Source: Eledone cirrhosa (lineage: Eukaryota). Taken from it: DNA of 64,000 nt. Made by a program: the position numbers and the translations under genes. The notes under the pieces were generated by a model. It did not search any database and was not told the origin of the DNA. It was given only the letters and a program-made list of their open reading frames with translations. The DNA lies in assembly GCA_964016885.1 (NCBI GenBank), contig OZ024740.1, forward strand, positions 4,960,001-5,024,000, in the 5' to 3' direction. Positions 12,194-25,384 of the stretch are shown one piece after another (position 1 is the stretch's first letter; the number at the start of each line of letters is the position of its first letter).

Positions 12194-12504
12194 CAAAAAA
12201 GAAGTAAGTGACATAGTCACTACTTTAAAACAATAGCGTAAGGTCTTCAAAATGCTTTTAATTAAGCATACAGTGTATTGCAAAATACACTATATATACA
12301 TTCATATATATATCGCTATTTCAGAGCACCAATACTAATTATATATATATATTTGAAGAAGAGATATTATCTCGAAAATTAAGGATATTCAAATAAATTT
12401 AAGGTAAAAGACTAATTGTCAACAATATCTTTTTCATTTGTATCTATATTCTATATCTATACCCGCATTGTCTTGAACTTCCAACTCCAAATGTTTATAT
12501 ATAT

Positions 12505-12810
12505 ATATTCATATATATATATAGATATATTGTTATACTTGGGGAGGGTCATATTGTTGTAATATTGCCAGAAATAATAACATAACACACTCACTGTTTG
12601 GTTGGTTTTCGCTTCTGTATCTTTTATATCTCCATAGTTAATTTATTTGGCAATCAATATTTATCATTGACTGACCAACGGTTAAAAATACAGATATAAA
12701 TATATATATATAGTCTAACAAAGTTCCTTCGTTGCACATCTGCAACATCATCAGTGGTACTATTATGTTCCATCCTAGTGTACTGTAATGTCTATGCCAT
12801 TTTTAATATA
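12505..12810 (-). mobile_element. Solo copy of the element forming the 40.0-41.96 kb inverted repeat; HHR-like core at ~12712-12765
   Basis: Matches 40075-40350 plus 41425-41520; minus strand CTGATGA-t-GTTGCA(gatg)TGCAAC-GAAG. Confidence 0.7.
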
Positions 12811-12874
12811 TATATATATTTTTTTTTTTCATATAAATATATATATATATATATATATATTTTTTTTCATATGA

Positions 12875-12908
<34 letters not shown>

Positions 12909-12915
12909 ATATATT

Positions 12916-12957
<42 letters not shown>

Positions 12958-12960
<3 letters not shown>

Positions 12961-13532
12961 TGGCTGCCAACTCGTTTTCGAGTACGGCCACTACTTTATA
13001 TCCATGTAGGAGAACCCCTACCGATGCGCTGAACGAGTGTGACTTTTTAGTCAAGCCAGCGATTTGAAAACTCTGGTACAAACACTACACTTGTGACAAT
13101 TATTGACACATAGTGCTGGGCCCATGGTACCATGTGATCAAAAGTGCAGAGAGATCTCCAGATATAAAGCAATGCCTGTGCCGTGAAGCTTTTATAGTGA
13201 GCAAAGGCACTGCACAAAGCCAGTCCCTCTCTCTTAACCAAGATGATATTTACCAAAAAGAAGAACAAGTCAACATCATTGGATACCATCAGGGTTGCAG
13301 GTGTTATATCAGAGTTTTCCTTCTCCTAGAATTCTGCCTTGACAAAGGCTAAGGGGTAATCTCTCCCGGTGATTTTGGATGGCTATTGACTCTTAAGAGC
13401 TCCTTTGCCCTTTGGACAGGTTTTGTTTTTAGTCCTGCAGGATGTCCAAAGTCACCCTCCTCACCAAGAAACCTTGGTAGGGTTGCCAGTTTAGTCGCCA
13501 ACGACCCGACCATGAGACAGGTTGTACTGGGA
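12958..13532 (-). mobile_element. Bipartite non-autonomous RTE derivative (5'UTR plus 3' terminus, no ORF)
   Basis: 13170-13370 resembles the 5'UTR of the adjacent RTE (17505-17730; CTAGGAGAAGG motif on minus); its end TGGCCGTACTCGAAAACGAGTTGGCAGCCACCAT resembles that RTE's 3' end TGGCCATACTCGATAATGAGGGGGCAGCCATCAT (13616-13655). Confidence 0.7.
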
Positions 13533-13534
13533 TA

Positions 13535-13690
13535 CATACATACATGCATACATACATACATACATACATAGATACATACATACATACATACATACATACA
13601 TACATACATACATACATGATGATGGCTGCCCCCTCATTATCGAGTATGGCCATTGCACGAGAAGAAAAAAAAAATAAAGAAAAAAAAAAG

Positions 13691-13757
<67 letters not shown>

Positions 13758-16700
13758 CATACATACATACACACATACATACACATACACACACATATAC
13801 ACACACGCACGCACATAAGCATATCTACACACACACACACACACACGATAACAACTAAGTGCTGCGATCGAATGTGGCTTTTTAGCCCAGCCAATGATCT
13901 TAAATGTCTTGCACAGAGTCGGCAACCAAAACATTCACTGGGAATAGTCGGCTGTGGTTGGAGTTCGTGTACTTGTGCATGTCGCTTGAGCCCTCCTGCT
14001 GATTTACATTCTCTACCACATGTTTGGCAAGCATGATGAGTAGCATCTCCAACAGCAGCCTGGTAGTCAACCACTGGTCTTACTTTATGACTGCGAAGAT
14101 GACTTTCGAGTCCAGCTTTGCTTAGGCAGAGTCTCGCACAGACGCTGCATGTCAGCACCATAGGAGGACCCTCGCCGCCTGGAAGTGCAACAGCAATGCC
14201 CTTCCTCACATCCCGCTTTACTTTCTTGTGTGCGATTCGAGATGCCTCAAAGGCAACTTTTCCCTCATATACAGTCTTTCTCCATTTATTACGATCAGCA
14301 GCAATATTTTCCCATGTATCAGCAGAGATGTTAGCGTCTTTCAGAGAGGCTTTCAAGGAATCCTTATACCTCTTTTTTGGTTTATGTGGCGGTCGTTTTC
14401 CTTTAACCAACTCTCCATAGAAGAGTTATTTTGGTATTCTAGAATCCTTCATCCTGGCAAGGTGACCACTCCAACGGAGTCGTTGCTTAAGCACAAGAGC
14501 TTCTATACTGTCACACATAGAGCTTTCCAAAATCTCGACATCACTGATGTGGTCCCTCCAGTGAACGCCATGGATCCGTCTGAGACACATCTGATGGAAA
14601 CGCTCCAATTGCTTAAGGTGGTGTCGATGTGACCCAGGTCTCGCAGGCATAAAGAAGACAAGAGAGTACACATGCCCTGTACACCTTTACCTTTGTCCTC
14701 CTGCATATGTCTCGCCGACCCCAGAGTCGCCTTTCTAGCTTTCCGAAAGCATCACTTGCTTTCCTAATCCTAAGTGAGATTTCACCGTCAAGGTGCCGTA
14801 TCGATTGACAGTGCTTCCCAGGTAGACAAACTGATCAACCACTCCAAGTCGTTTGCCATACACATAGATGTTTGGTTCAGTGTACTGCTTACTAGGGGAA
14901 AGTTGGTACATGATGACGGTTTTCTTGAGACTGACAGTCAAACCCAGGGCAGTGCAAGCGTCAGAAAATGCATTCAAAATGTGCTGCATATCACTCTCTG
15001 TGTGCGCTACAAGATCGCAATCATCTACATACAAGAGGTCTCTTATGATTGATGTAAATACTTTTGTCTTCGCAGCAAAGCGCCTGATGTTAAATATGCT
15101 GCCTGAGGTTCGATATCGGATGTAAACACCATGCTCGCAATTCTTGAATGCAATACAGAAAACCATTGCAAAGTATATGGCAAACAGGGTCGGTGCTGGA
15201 ATATCCCCCTGTTTCACTCCATCTTTTACTGAGATAGGCTCCGACATGTTACCTCCGACATTAACCCAAGCCTTCATGTTGTCATGGAAAGACCTAACTA
15301 AAGCAAGGAACTTATCAGGGCAACCAAGTTTCTGGAGAACCTTCCATAATGCCTCTCTGTTGACAGTATCGAAAGCCTTTGTCAGATCGACAAAAACCTG
15401 ATACAGATCCAAGCCTTGCTCAATGCACTTCTCCTGGAGCTGTCTAGCTGGGAAGATCATATCAGTAGTTCCGCGTCCAGCACGAAAACCAGATTGACTT
15501 TCAGGAAGAACACAATCTGCAATGTGTGTCAGCAGACGGTCCAGAAGCACCCTACATAAAACTTTCCCTACGACAGAAAGCAATGATATACCTCTGTAGT
15601 TCCCACAATCATTCCTGTTACCCTTTCCCTTGTACAAGACCACCATTACTGCATCTCTCCAGTCCTCAGGTACGGATTCATTAGCCCATATCCTTCCAAA
15701 CAAAGAGTGCAGATGTTGCAGGAGTCTCTCACCACCATATTGTAGGAGCTCAGCATGTATGCCATCCATACCTGGAGATCTTCCACTGTTCAGCTTCGAA
15801 ATAGCCACTGCAACCTCCACAAGCGTCGGAGGTTCTGCAAGAGCTACTTTCACAGGACTTTCTGGAATGAGATTGAGGAAATCTTCACTGACGACAGACG
15901 GCTGATTCAAAAGATCATCAAAGTGCTCTCGCCACCTTCGTAGAATTCCCTGTGAGTCACGAAGAAGTTCTTTGCCATCCTTGCTGCGAAGCGGTGTCAC
16001 CAGAGAAGAAGACGGTCCATAAACATCACACAAGAGACTGTACAACAGCTTTGTGTTATTGGAATCAGACGCAGTTTGTATCTCACCAGCCTTCTCACTC
16101 CACCACTGATCCTTCATCTGAGAAAGACTCCGCCTAACACGTGATTTTACATTCCTGAGCTCCTCATGCAACGTATTCCTCTCCTGTGGTTTTGCCGTCA
16201 AGTAGCGTGACAGAGCACGCCTCTTATCAGCCAACAAGTCTTCTATATGTACATCATTCTCATTAAACCAGTCCTGATGTTTTCTCTGCACCAATCCCAG
16301 AACACGCCTGCCTACATCATAAACCGACTTTTTAAGGGTCGGCCAATCCTCACCAAGATCTGCAGCCTGCATCTCTTCTTCCAATGTCCTCTTCACATTT
16401 TTATCCTTAAGACGAGCAGCATTCAATCTTTTGGGCAGGGTAACACCAGGAGCCCAGATTTTACGTTTGGTGATTAGTTTCACTTTTGCGCGTACCAGGC
16501 GGTGGTCCGTCCAGCACTCAGCTCCACGAAGAACACGAACACACCGCACATCCTGTCTGTCACGCATCCTGACTAGGACGTAGTCCAACAGATGCCATTC
16601 CTTAGATGCAGGATGCATCCATGTGGTCTTGAATTTGTTCTTTTGTTGGAACATGGTGTTGGTAACACACAGATCCAGCTCCTCACACATCTGCAGCAGG

Positions 16701-17438
16701 AGCATACCATTGCTGTTACACTTTCCCACCCCATGCCTTCCGATTACATTCCATGTGTTAAAATCCCTACCCACTCTAGCATTAAAGTCACCAAGCACGA
16801 TGACTTTGTCTGCCTGAGGGATATTTCTTAGAACACCTTTCAAGGCATGGTAAAAGGACAGTTTTTCTTCATCGACAGAATTCATAGATGGAGTATACAC
16901 ACTCACCAGGGTAGCATATCTTCCTTTGTCCAGCGGAACTCTCATGGACATAAGACGCTCACTAATCCCTACTGGGAATTCTTCTAATTTATCCACAAGT
17001 ACAGTCTTAACAGCAAATCCTACCCCAGCCTCTCTTCTGGTTCCTTCATCTCTTCCTTTCCAGAAGAATGTATATTCTCCACAAAATTCTGTAAGATGAC
17101 CATCTCCAGCTAACCTCGTCTCAGATAAAGCCACGATGTCATGATCGTAACGTCGAAGCTCCTTTGCAACAAGAGCGGTCCTTCGTTCAGGACGCCCCAA
17201 GGAATCCCTGTGAAGCAGCGTCCGTACGTTCTAGCAGCCAAGACTAAATGCCTTGTTTGGCTCTATTACAATGGCACGATGGCGAGCGGGCCCAGGCTGT
17301 GATAACTTGGGGCCCCTGCCCTTATTGCCAATGATCTTTTTTGTTCCAGAACCTAAATTGCCAATTATCTCTTTTATATTGTTCTGGAACATCATTGAAT
17401 TGGAAAAAAAAAAAAAAAAAAAAAAAAAAGTAATAATA

Positions 17439-17474
<36 letters not shown>

Positions 17475-17780
17475 GTACACTATTAATAATTATTAATGCA
17501 CTCGTGCAATGCCTGTGCGTGACGAATTTTTTAAAAGTGAGGAAAGACTGTGCACTGAGCCAATCCCACTCTCTGAGTGACAGTAGCTATAACCCGAAAA
17601 GAAGAAAAGATCAACATCATCGGTAACTACTGAGCCGCAGGTTTTATATCGGAGTTAACCCAGTTTCCTGAGATGCCTTCTCCTAGAAGAATGCCCTGAC
17701 AAGGGCTAGGGGTCCTTCACTCCCAGTGGTTTAACTGCGCGATCGGGCATCCAGCCCGATTATTTCTATGTCCCCGCGCA
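13535..17780 (-). mobile_element. Near-full-length RTE (BovB-like, family B) LINE
   Basis: 5'UTR ~17500-17780, single long disrupted ORF, 3' end at ~13616 followed by a (GTAT)n tail; microsatellite expansions in both UTRs. Confidence 0.93.
13850..17395 (-). pseudogene. RTE ORF: APE endonuclease, reverse transcriptase and three C2H2 zinc fingers
   Basis: In-frame ATGs at 17395/17392; TAG in place of W in GC*NVRTL at 17231-17233; 821-aa open segment with ALSETRL, LGDFNARVG, TDH, FVDLTKAFDTV, GVKQGD, YVDD; frameshifts near 14.7-14.8 kb; CxxC..H..H repeats in 13860-14150. Confidence 0.9.
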
Positions 17781-17928
17781 ATAAAAAAAAAAAAAAAAAA
17801 AACTCACTTATTGACACTTATACGTACGACATACACACACACGCATACATATGCGCGCACACAGCAACACATACATACAAACAAACACACACACACGCTA
17901 CTCTACTCACTTACGCGCGCGCACACAT

Positions 17929-17992
<64 letters not shown>

Positions 17993-18094
17993 TACCGTCA
18001 TTACTGATACAAGATTACAAGATTATGTCAACTGTTGACTTTCAAGAGTTTGTATAGTTGAAGCCGATCGTACTACAGTCCAGTATTATTATAA

Positions 18095-18245
18095 TTGCTT
18101 TACAGCATAGAGTTATGGCTCCCCACGCTCTGAGCTCAAATCCCGCCGAGATCAACCTTGCCCTTCATCCCCACGGAGTCAACAAAAGAGAGTACCAGTG
18201 ATGCGCTGGGCCAGTCGCTGGATCCCTGCCAAAAGCAGAAAAATT
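18095..18245 (+). mobile_element. Degenerate SINE fragment (head type 2 family)
   Basis: GAGCTCAAATCCCGCCGAGATCAACCTTGCCCTTCATCC...AGTACCAGT matches the reverse complement of 62260-62330. Confidence 0.7.
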
Positions 18246-18477
18246 ATTATTAAAGTTGTTTTCTTAAGGCCCGGTCGCTGGTGATGGTGATGGCGGCGGC
18301 GGTGGCGGTGGTGGTGGTGGTGGTGGTGGCAGTGGCAGTTGATGTTGTTGTTGTGTTGTGTGCGTGTGTGTGAGTGTGTGTTTTGTTATTTTGAGTTTTT
18401 TTTATATTTTTTTTATACATACATACATACATACATACATACATACATACATACATACATACATACATACATACATA

Positions 18478-19010
18478 GAACCATCTGGAACGCACTTCGG
18501 GAAACAAAATTAACAACAAACGAGGAAGAATATATTGAGACAGATGTCACTAAGGAATACTGGTGGAACCTGAAATTAAAAACTGCCACCAAATTAAAGC
18601 ACAACCGGCCTGATATTGATGTTTGGGACCACACATTGAAAACGTGTTCTGTTGTGGAGATCAGCTGCCCACTTGATGTAAACGTTGTCAGAAAAATACA
18701 GGAGAAGGAGGACATCTACGGACCATTGATGAGGAGTTTACAAATCCAGTATCCAAGATACACCTTTAGCTTCATACCCATCATTATTGGAGCTACGGGT
18801 TATATACCAACCCACTTGGAACAATGTATAACTGAACTTGGATTTGCGGACAAAGAGCGCAGCTCCCTAATTCATAGTCTACAAATGGCTGCGATAGCTG
18901 GCACCTTCAAAATTTGCAAAACATTCTTGCGATTCAAGGGATGACAATTTCTTTTCTGTTACAAACTTGCCACCAGGAAGGTGGCCGGTCAAAATTAAGA
19001 GAAAGAGAGA
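18478..19010 (+). mobile_element. 5'-truncated non-LTR retrotransposon with restriction-like endonuclease (R4/Dong/NeSL-type) in (TACA)n
   Basis: ORF reads YWWN..KT..KLKHNRPDIDVWD....CSVVEISCP.......QEKEDIY...IPIIIGATG, the PD-(D/E)xK RLE signature; stop at 18944 followed by a short 3'UTR. Confidence 0.82.
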
Positions 19011-19361
19011 ACATACATATATACATACATATATATATATATGTGTGTATGTATATATATACATGCACACACAATCCATGCAAGCATGGAAGAGTCAACA
19101 TAAAGATGATGATATCTATCTATATTTACATATATGTGTGTGTGTTTTCATATGTGTATGTAAACACACATATATATATCCTAGGTAAGCCATTCCAGTG
19201 AACATCGTAGAACCACTTAGAATAAAGAATTTTTTTGAGCACGAACATGCATAAAAGTTTGATCTAATTCATATGCACGGATTCACACACGCTGAATCGT
19301 TAAAAAAAATATAACAATATGTATATGGATGTATATATATGTATATATAATTATATATGTA

Positions 19362-19409
<48 letters not shown>

Positions 19410-19692
19410 TATATATATATATATATGTATATATGTGTGTGTTTATATAATTCATATACATGCACACATATAATATACATACATGCATACACCCACACAC
19501 ACGCATGTGTATATTATACGTTAGATATATATATCCGTTTGTATCGTTGTACTGTGTTGTTTGCTTTGTTATTTATGTTTAGGAAAAGCAAACATTAAAA
19601 GATGATTATATATACATATATATTATATATATACATATATTACATATATTACATATATTATATATATATATATGTCTATCTCTCTCTCTCTC

Positions 19693-19740
<48 letters not shown>

Positions 19741-19745
19741 TAATG

Positions 19746-19831
<86 letters not shown>

Positions 19832-19902
19832 TGTTTATCTCTCTATCCCTGATGCATTCTGTTTTATAAATCAATATCTTAAGTCTATACAGGGAGACTC
19901 CC

Positions 19903-22900
19903 AGACACACACACATCCCACTACACACACACATCCCACTACACACACACATCCCACTACACACACACATCCCACTACACACACACATCCCACTACACAC
20001 ACACATCCCACTACACACACATCCCACTACACACACACAGCCACTACACACACATCCCACTACACACACACACACCCCACTACACACACACATCCCATTA
20101 CACACACATCCCACTACACACACACATCCCACTACACACACACATCCCACTACACACACATCCCACTACACACACACATCCCACTACACACACACGCCCC
20201 ACTACACACACACATCCCATTACACACACATCCCACTACACACACACATCCCACTACACACACACATCCCACTACACACACACATCCCACTACACACACA
20301 TCCCACTACACACACACATCCCACTATACACACACATCCCACTACACACACACATCTCTCTACACACACATCCCACTACACACACACATCCCACTACACA
20401 CACATCCCACTACACACACACATCCCACTACACACACACACCCCACTACACACACACATCCCATTACACACACATCCCACTACACACACACATCCCACTA
20501 CACACACACACATCCCACTACACACACACATCCCACTACACACACACATCCCACTACACACACATCCCACTACACACACACATCCCACTACACACACACA
20601 TCCCACTACACACACACATCCCACTACACACACACATCCCACTACACACACACATCCACTACACACACATCCCACTACACACACACATCCCACTACACAC
20701 ACACATCCCACTACACACACACATCCCACTACACACACATCCCACTACACACACACATCCCACTACACACACATCCCACTACACACACACATCCCACTAC
20801 ACACACACACCCCACTACACACACACATCCCATACACACACATCCCACTACACACACACATCCCACTACACACACACACATCCCACTACACACACACATC
20901 CCACTACACACACACATCCCACTACACACACATCCCACTACACACACACATCCCACTACACACACACATCCCACTACACACACACATCCCACTACACACA
21001 CATCCCACTATACACACACATCCCACTACACACACATCCCACTACACACACATCCCACTACACACACACATCCCACTACACACACACACCCCACTACACA
21101 CATCCCACTACACACACATCCCACTACACACACATCCCACTACACACACACATCCCACTACACACACACATCCCACTACACACACACATCCCATTACACA
21201 CACATCCCACTACACACACACATCCCACTACACACACACATCCCACTACACACACATCCCACTACACACACACATCCCACTACACACACACACCCCACTA
21301 CACACACACATCCCATTACACACACATCCCACTACACACACATCCCACTACACACACACATCCCACTACACACACATCCCACTACACACACACATCCCAC
21401 TACACACACACACATCCCACTACACACACATCCCACTACACACACATCCCACTACACACACACATCCCACTACACACACATCCCACTACACACACACATC
21501 CCACTACACACACACATCCTACTACACACACATCCCACTACACACACATCCCACTACACACACCACACACATCCCACTACACACACATCCCACTACACAC
21601 ACACATCCCACTACACACACATCCCACTACACACACATCCCACTACACACACACATCCCACTACACACACACATCCCACTACACACACACATCCCACTAC
21701 ACACACATCCCACTACACACACATCCCACTACACACACACATCCCACTACACACACATCCCACTACGCACACACACATCCCACTACACACACATCCCACT
21801 ACACACGCATCCCACTACACACACATCCCACTACACACACACATCCCACTACACACACACATCCCACTACACACACACATCGCACTACACACACATCCCA
21901 CTACACACACACATCCCACTACACACACATCCCACTACACACACACATCCCACTACACACACATCCCACTACACACACACATCCCACTACACACACATCC
22001 CACTACACACACACATCCCACTACACACACATCCCACTACACACACACACATGCCATTACACACACATCCCACTACACACACACATCCCACTACACACAC
22101 ATCCCACTACACACACACATCCCACTACACACACATCCCACTACACACACACACATCCCACTACACACACATCCCACTATACACACACAACCCACTACAC
22201 ACACATCCCACTACACACACATCCCACTACACACACACATCCCACTACACACACACATCCCACTACACACACACATCCCACTACACACACATCCCACTAC
22301 ACACACACACATCCCACTACACACACATCCCACTACACACACACCCACTACACACACATCCCACTACACACACACATCCCACTACACACACATCCCACTA
22401 CACACACACACCCCACTACACACACATCCCACTACACACACATCCCACTACACACACATCCCACTACACACACACATCCCACTACACACACATCCCACTA
22501 CACACACACATCCCACTACACACACATCCCACTGCACACACACATCCCACTACACACACACATCCCACTACACACACATCCCACTACACACACACATCCC
22601 ACTACACACACACATCCCACTACACACATATCCCACTACACACACATCCCAATACACACACACATCCCACTACACACACACATCCCACTACACACACACA
22701 TCCCACTACACACACATCCCACTACACAGACATCCCACTACACACACACATCCCACTACACACACACATCCCACTACACACACATCCCACTACACACACA
22801 TCCCACTACACACACATCCCACTACACACACACATCCCACTACACACACATCCCACTACACACACACATCCCACTACACACACATCCCACTACACACGCA

Positions 22901-25110
22901 TCCACTACACACACATCCCACTACACACACACATCCCACTACACACACACATCCCACTACACACACACATCCCACTACACACACATCCCACTACATACAC
23001 ACATCCCACTACACACACATCCCACTACACACACATGCCACTACACACACACATCCCACTACACACACACATCCCACTATACACACACATCCCACTACAC
23101 ACACACATCCCACTACACACACACATCCCACTACACACACACATCCCACTACACACACATCCCACTACACACACATCCCACTACACACACACATCCCACT
23201 ACACACACACATCCCACTACACACACATCCCACTACACACACACATCCCACTACACACACATCCTACTACACACACACATCCCACTACACACACACATCC
23301 CACTACACACACACATCCCACTACACACACACACATCCCACTACACACACACATCCCACTACACACACACATCCCACTACACACACACATCCCATTAAAC
23401 ACACATCCCACTACACACACACACATCCCATTACACACACATCCCACTACACACACACACATGCCATTACACACACATCCCACTACACACACACATCCCA
23501 CTACACACACACACATCCCACTACACACACATCCCACTACAGACACATCCCACTACACACACATTCCACTACACACACACATCCCACTACACACACACAT
23601 CCCACTACACACACATCCCACTACACACACACATCCCACTACACACACACATCCCATTACACACACATCCCACTACACACACACACATCCCATTACACAC
23701 ACATCCCACTACACACACACATCCCACTACACACACATCCCACTACACACACACATCCCACTACACACACATCCCACTACACACACACACATCCCACTAC
23801 ACACACATCCCACTACACACACACACATCCCACTACACACACACACATCCCACTCCACACACATCCCACTACACACACACACATCCCACTACACACACAC
23901 ACATCCCACTACACACACACATCCCACTACACACACACATCCCACTACACACACACACATCCCACTACACACACACATCCCACTACATACACACATCCCA
24001 CTACACACACACATCCCACTACACACACACACATCCCACTACACACACGCATCCCACTACACACACACATCCCACTACACACACACATCCCACTATACAC
24101 ACACATCCCACTACACACACACATCCCACTACACACACACATCCCACTACACACACACATCCCACTACACACATACACATCCCACACTACACACACACAT
24201 CCCACACTACACACACACATCCCACTACACACACACATCCCACTACACACACACATCCCACTACACACACACATCCCACTACACACACACATCCCACTAC
24301 ACACACATCCCACTACACACACATCCCACTACACACACACATCCCACTACACACACACATCCCACTACACACACATCCCACTACACACACACATCCCACT
24401 ACACACACATCCTACTACACACACACATCCCACTACACACACACATCCCACTACACACACACATCCCACTACACACACACACATCCCACTACACACACAC
24501 ATCCCACTACAAACACACATCCCACTACACACACACACATCCCACTAAACACACATCCCACTACACACACACACATCTTACTACACACACATATCACACT
24601 ACACACACACACATCCCACTACACACACACATACAACTACACACACACTTCCCACTACAGACACACATCCCACTACACACACATCCCACTACACACACAC
24701 ACATCCCACTACACACACACACCCCACTACACACACATCCCACTACACACAAATTCCACTACACATACACACATCCCACTACACACACACACATCCCACT
24801 ACACACACACACACATCCCACTACACACACATCCCACTACACACACACACATCCAACTACACACATCCCATAACACACACACACATCCCACTACACACAC
24901 ACATCCCACTACACACACACATCCCACTACACACACACACATCCCACTACACACACACACATCCCACTACACACACACACATCCCACTACGCACGCACAC
25001 ATCCCACTACAAACACACATCCCACTATACACACACATCCCACTACACACACATCACACTACACACACACACATATCCCACTACACACACACACACATCC
25101 CACTACACAG
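19903..25110. repeat. 5.2-kb minisatellite, unit ATCCCACT(AC)n of ~18-24 bp
   Basis: Directly visible tandem array with variable (AC) number. Confidence 0.97.
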
Positions 25111-25330
25111 GCACTCACACACACACATGTAGACACACAGACATGTAGACACACTCACATGTAGACACACACACATGTAGACACACTCACATGTAGACAC
25201 ACTCACATGTAGACACACAGACATGTAGACACACTGACATGTAGACACACAGGCATGTAGACACACTAACATGTAGACACACTCACATGTAGACACAGTG
25301 ACATGTAGACACAGTGACATGTAGACAGAG
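25111..25330. repeat. Short minisatellite, ~18-bp ACATGTAGACACACNNAC unit
   Basis: About 11 tandem copies of ACATGTAGACAC. Confidence 0.9.
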
Positions 25331-25384
25331 AGATATATTGTTACTGTTGTACAAGTATGGAGGAACACCTTGTGAAATGGATGA

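Larger units (their letters stand above)
11401..12340. mobile_element. Large head-to-head inverted repeat carrying an HHR in each arm; probable Penelope-like or retrozyme-like element
   Basis: 11784-12019 is the reverse complement of 12059-12297 (39-bp spacer); outer 11401-11435 is the reverse complement of ~12306-12340. Confidence 0.8.

Noticed and set aside
19743-24873. 1601-aa and 940-aa His/Thr/Pro-rich ORFs
   Set aside because: Translations of a stop-free C/A-rich minisatellite; unit lengths vary without respecting frame.
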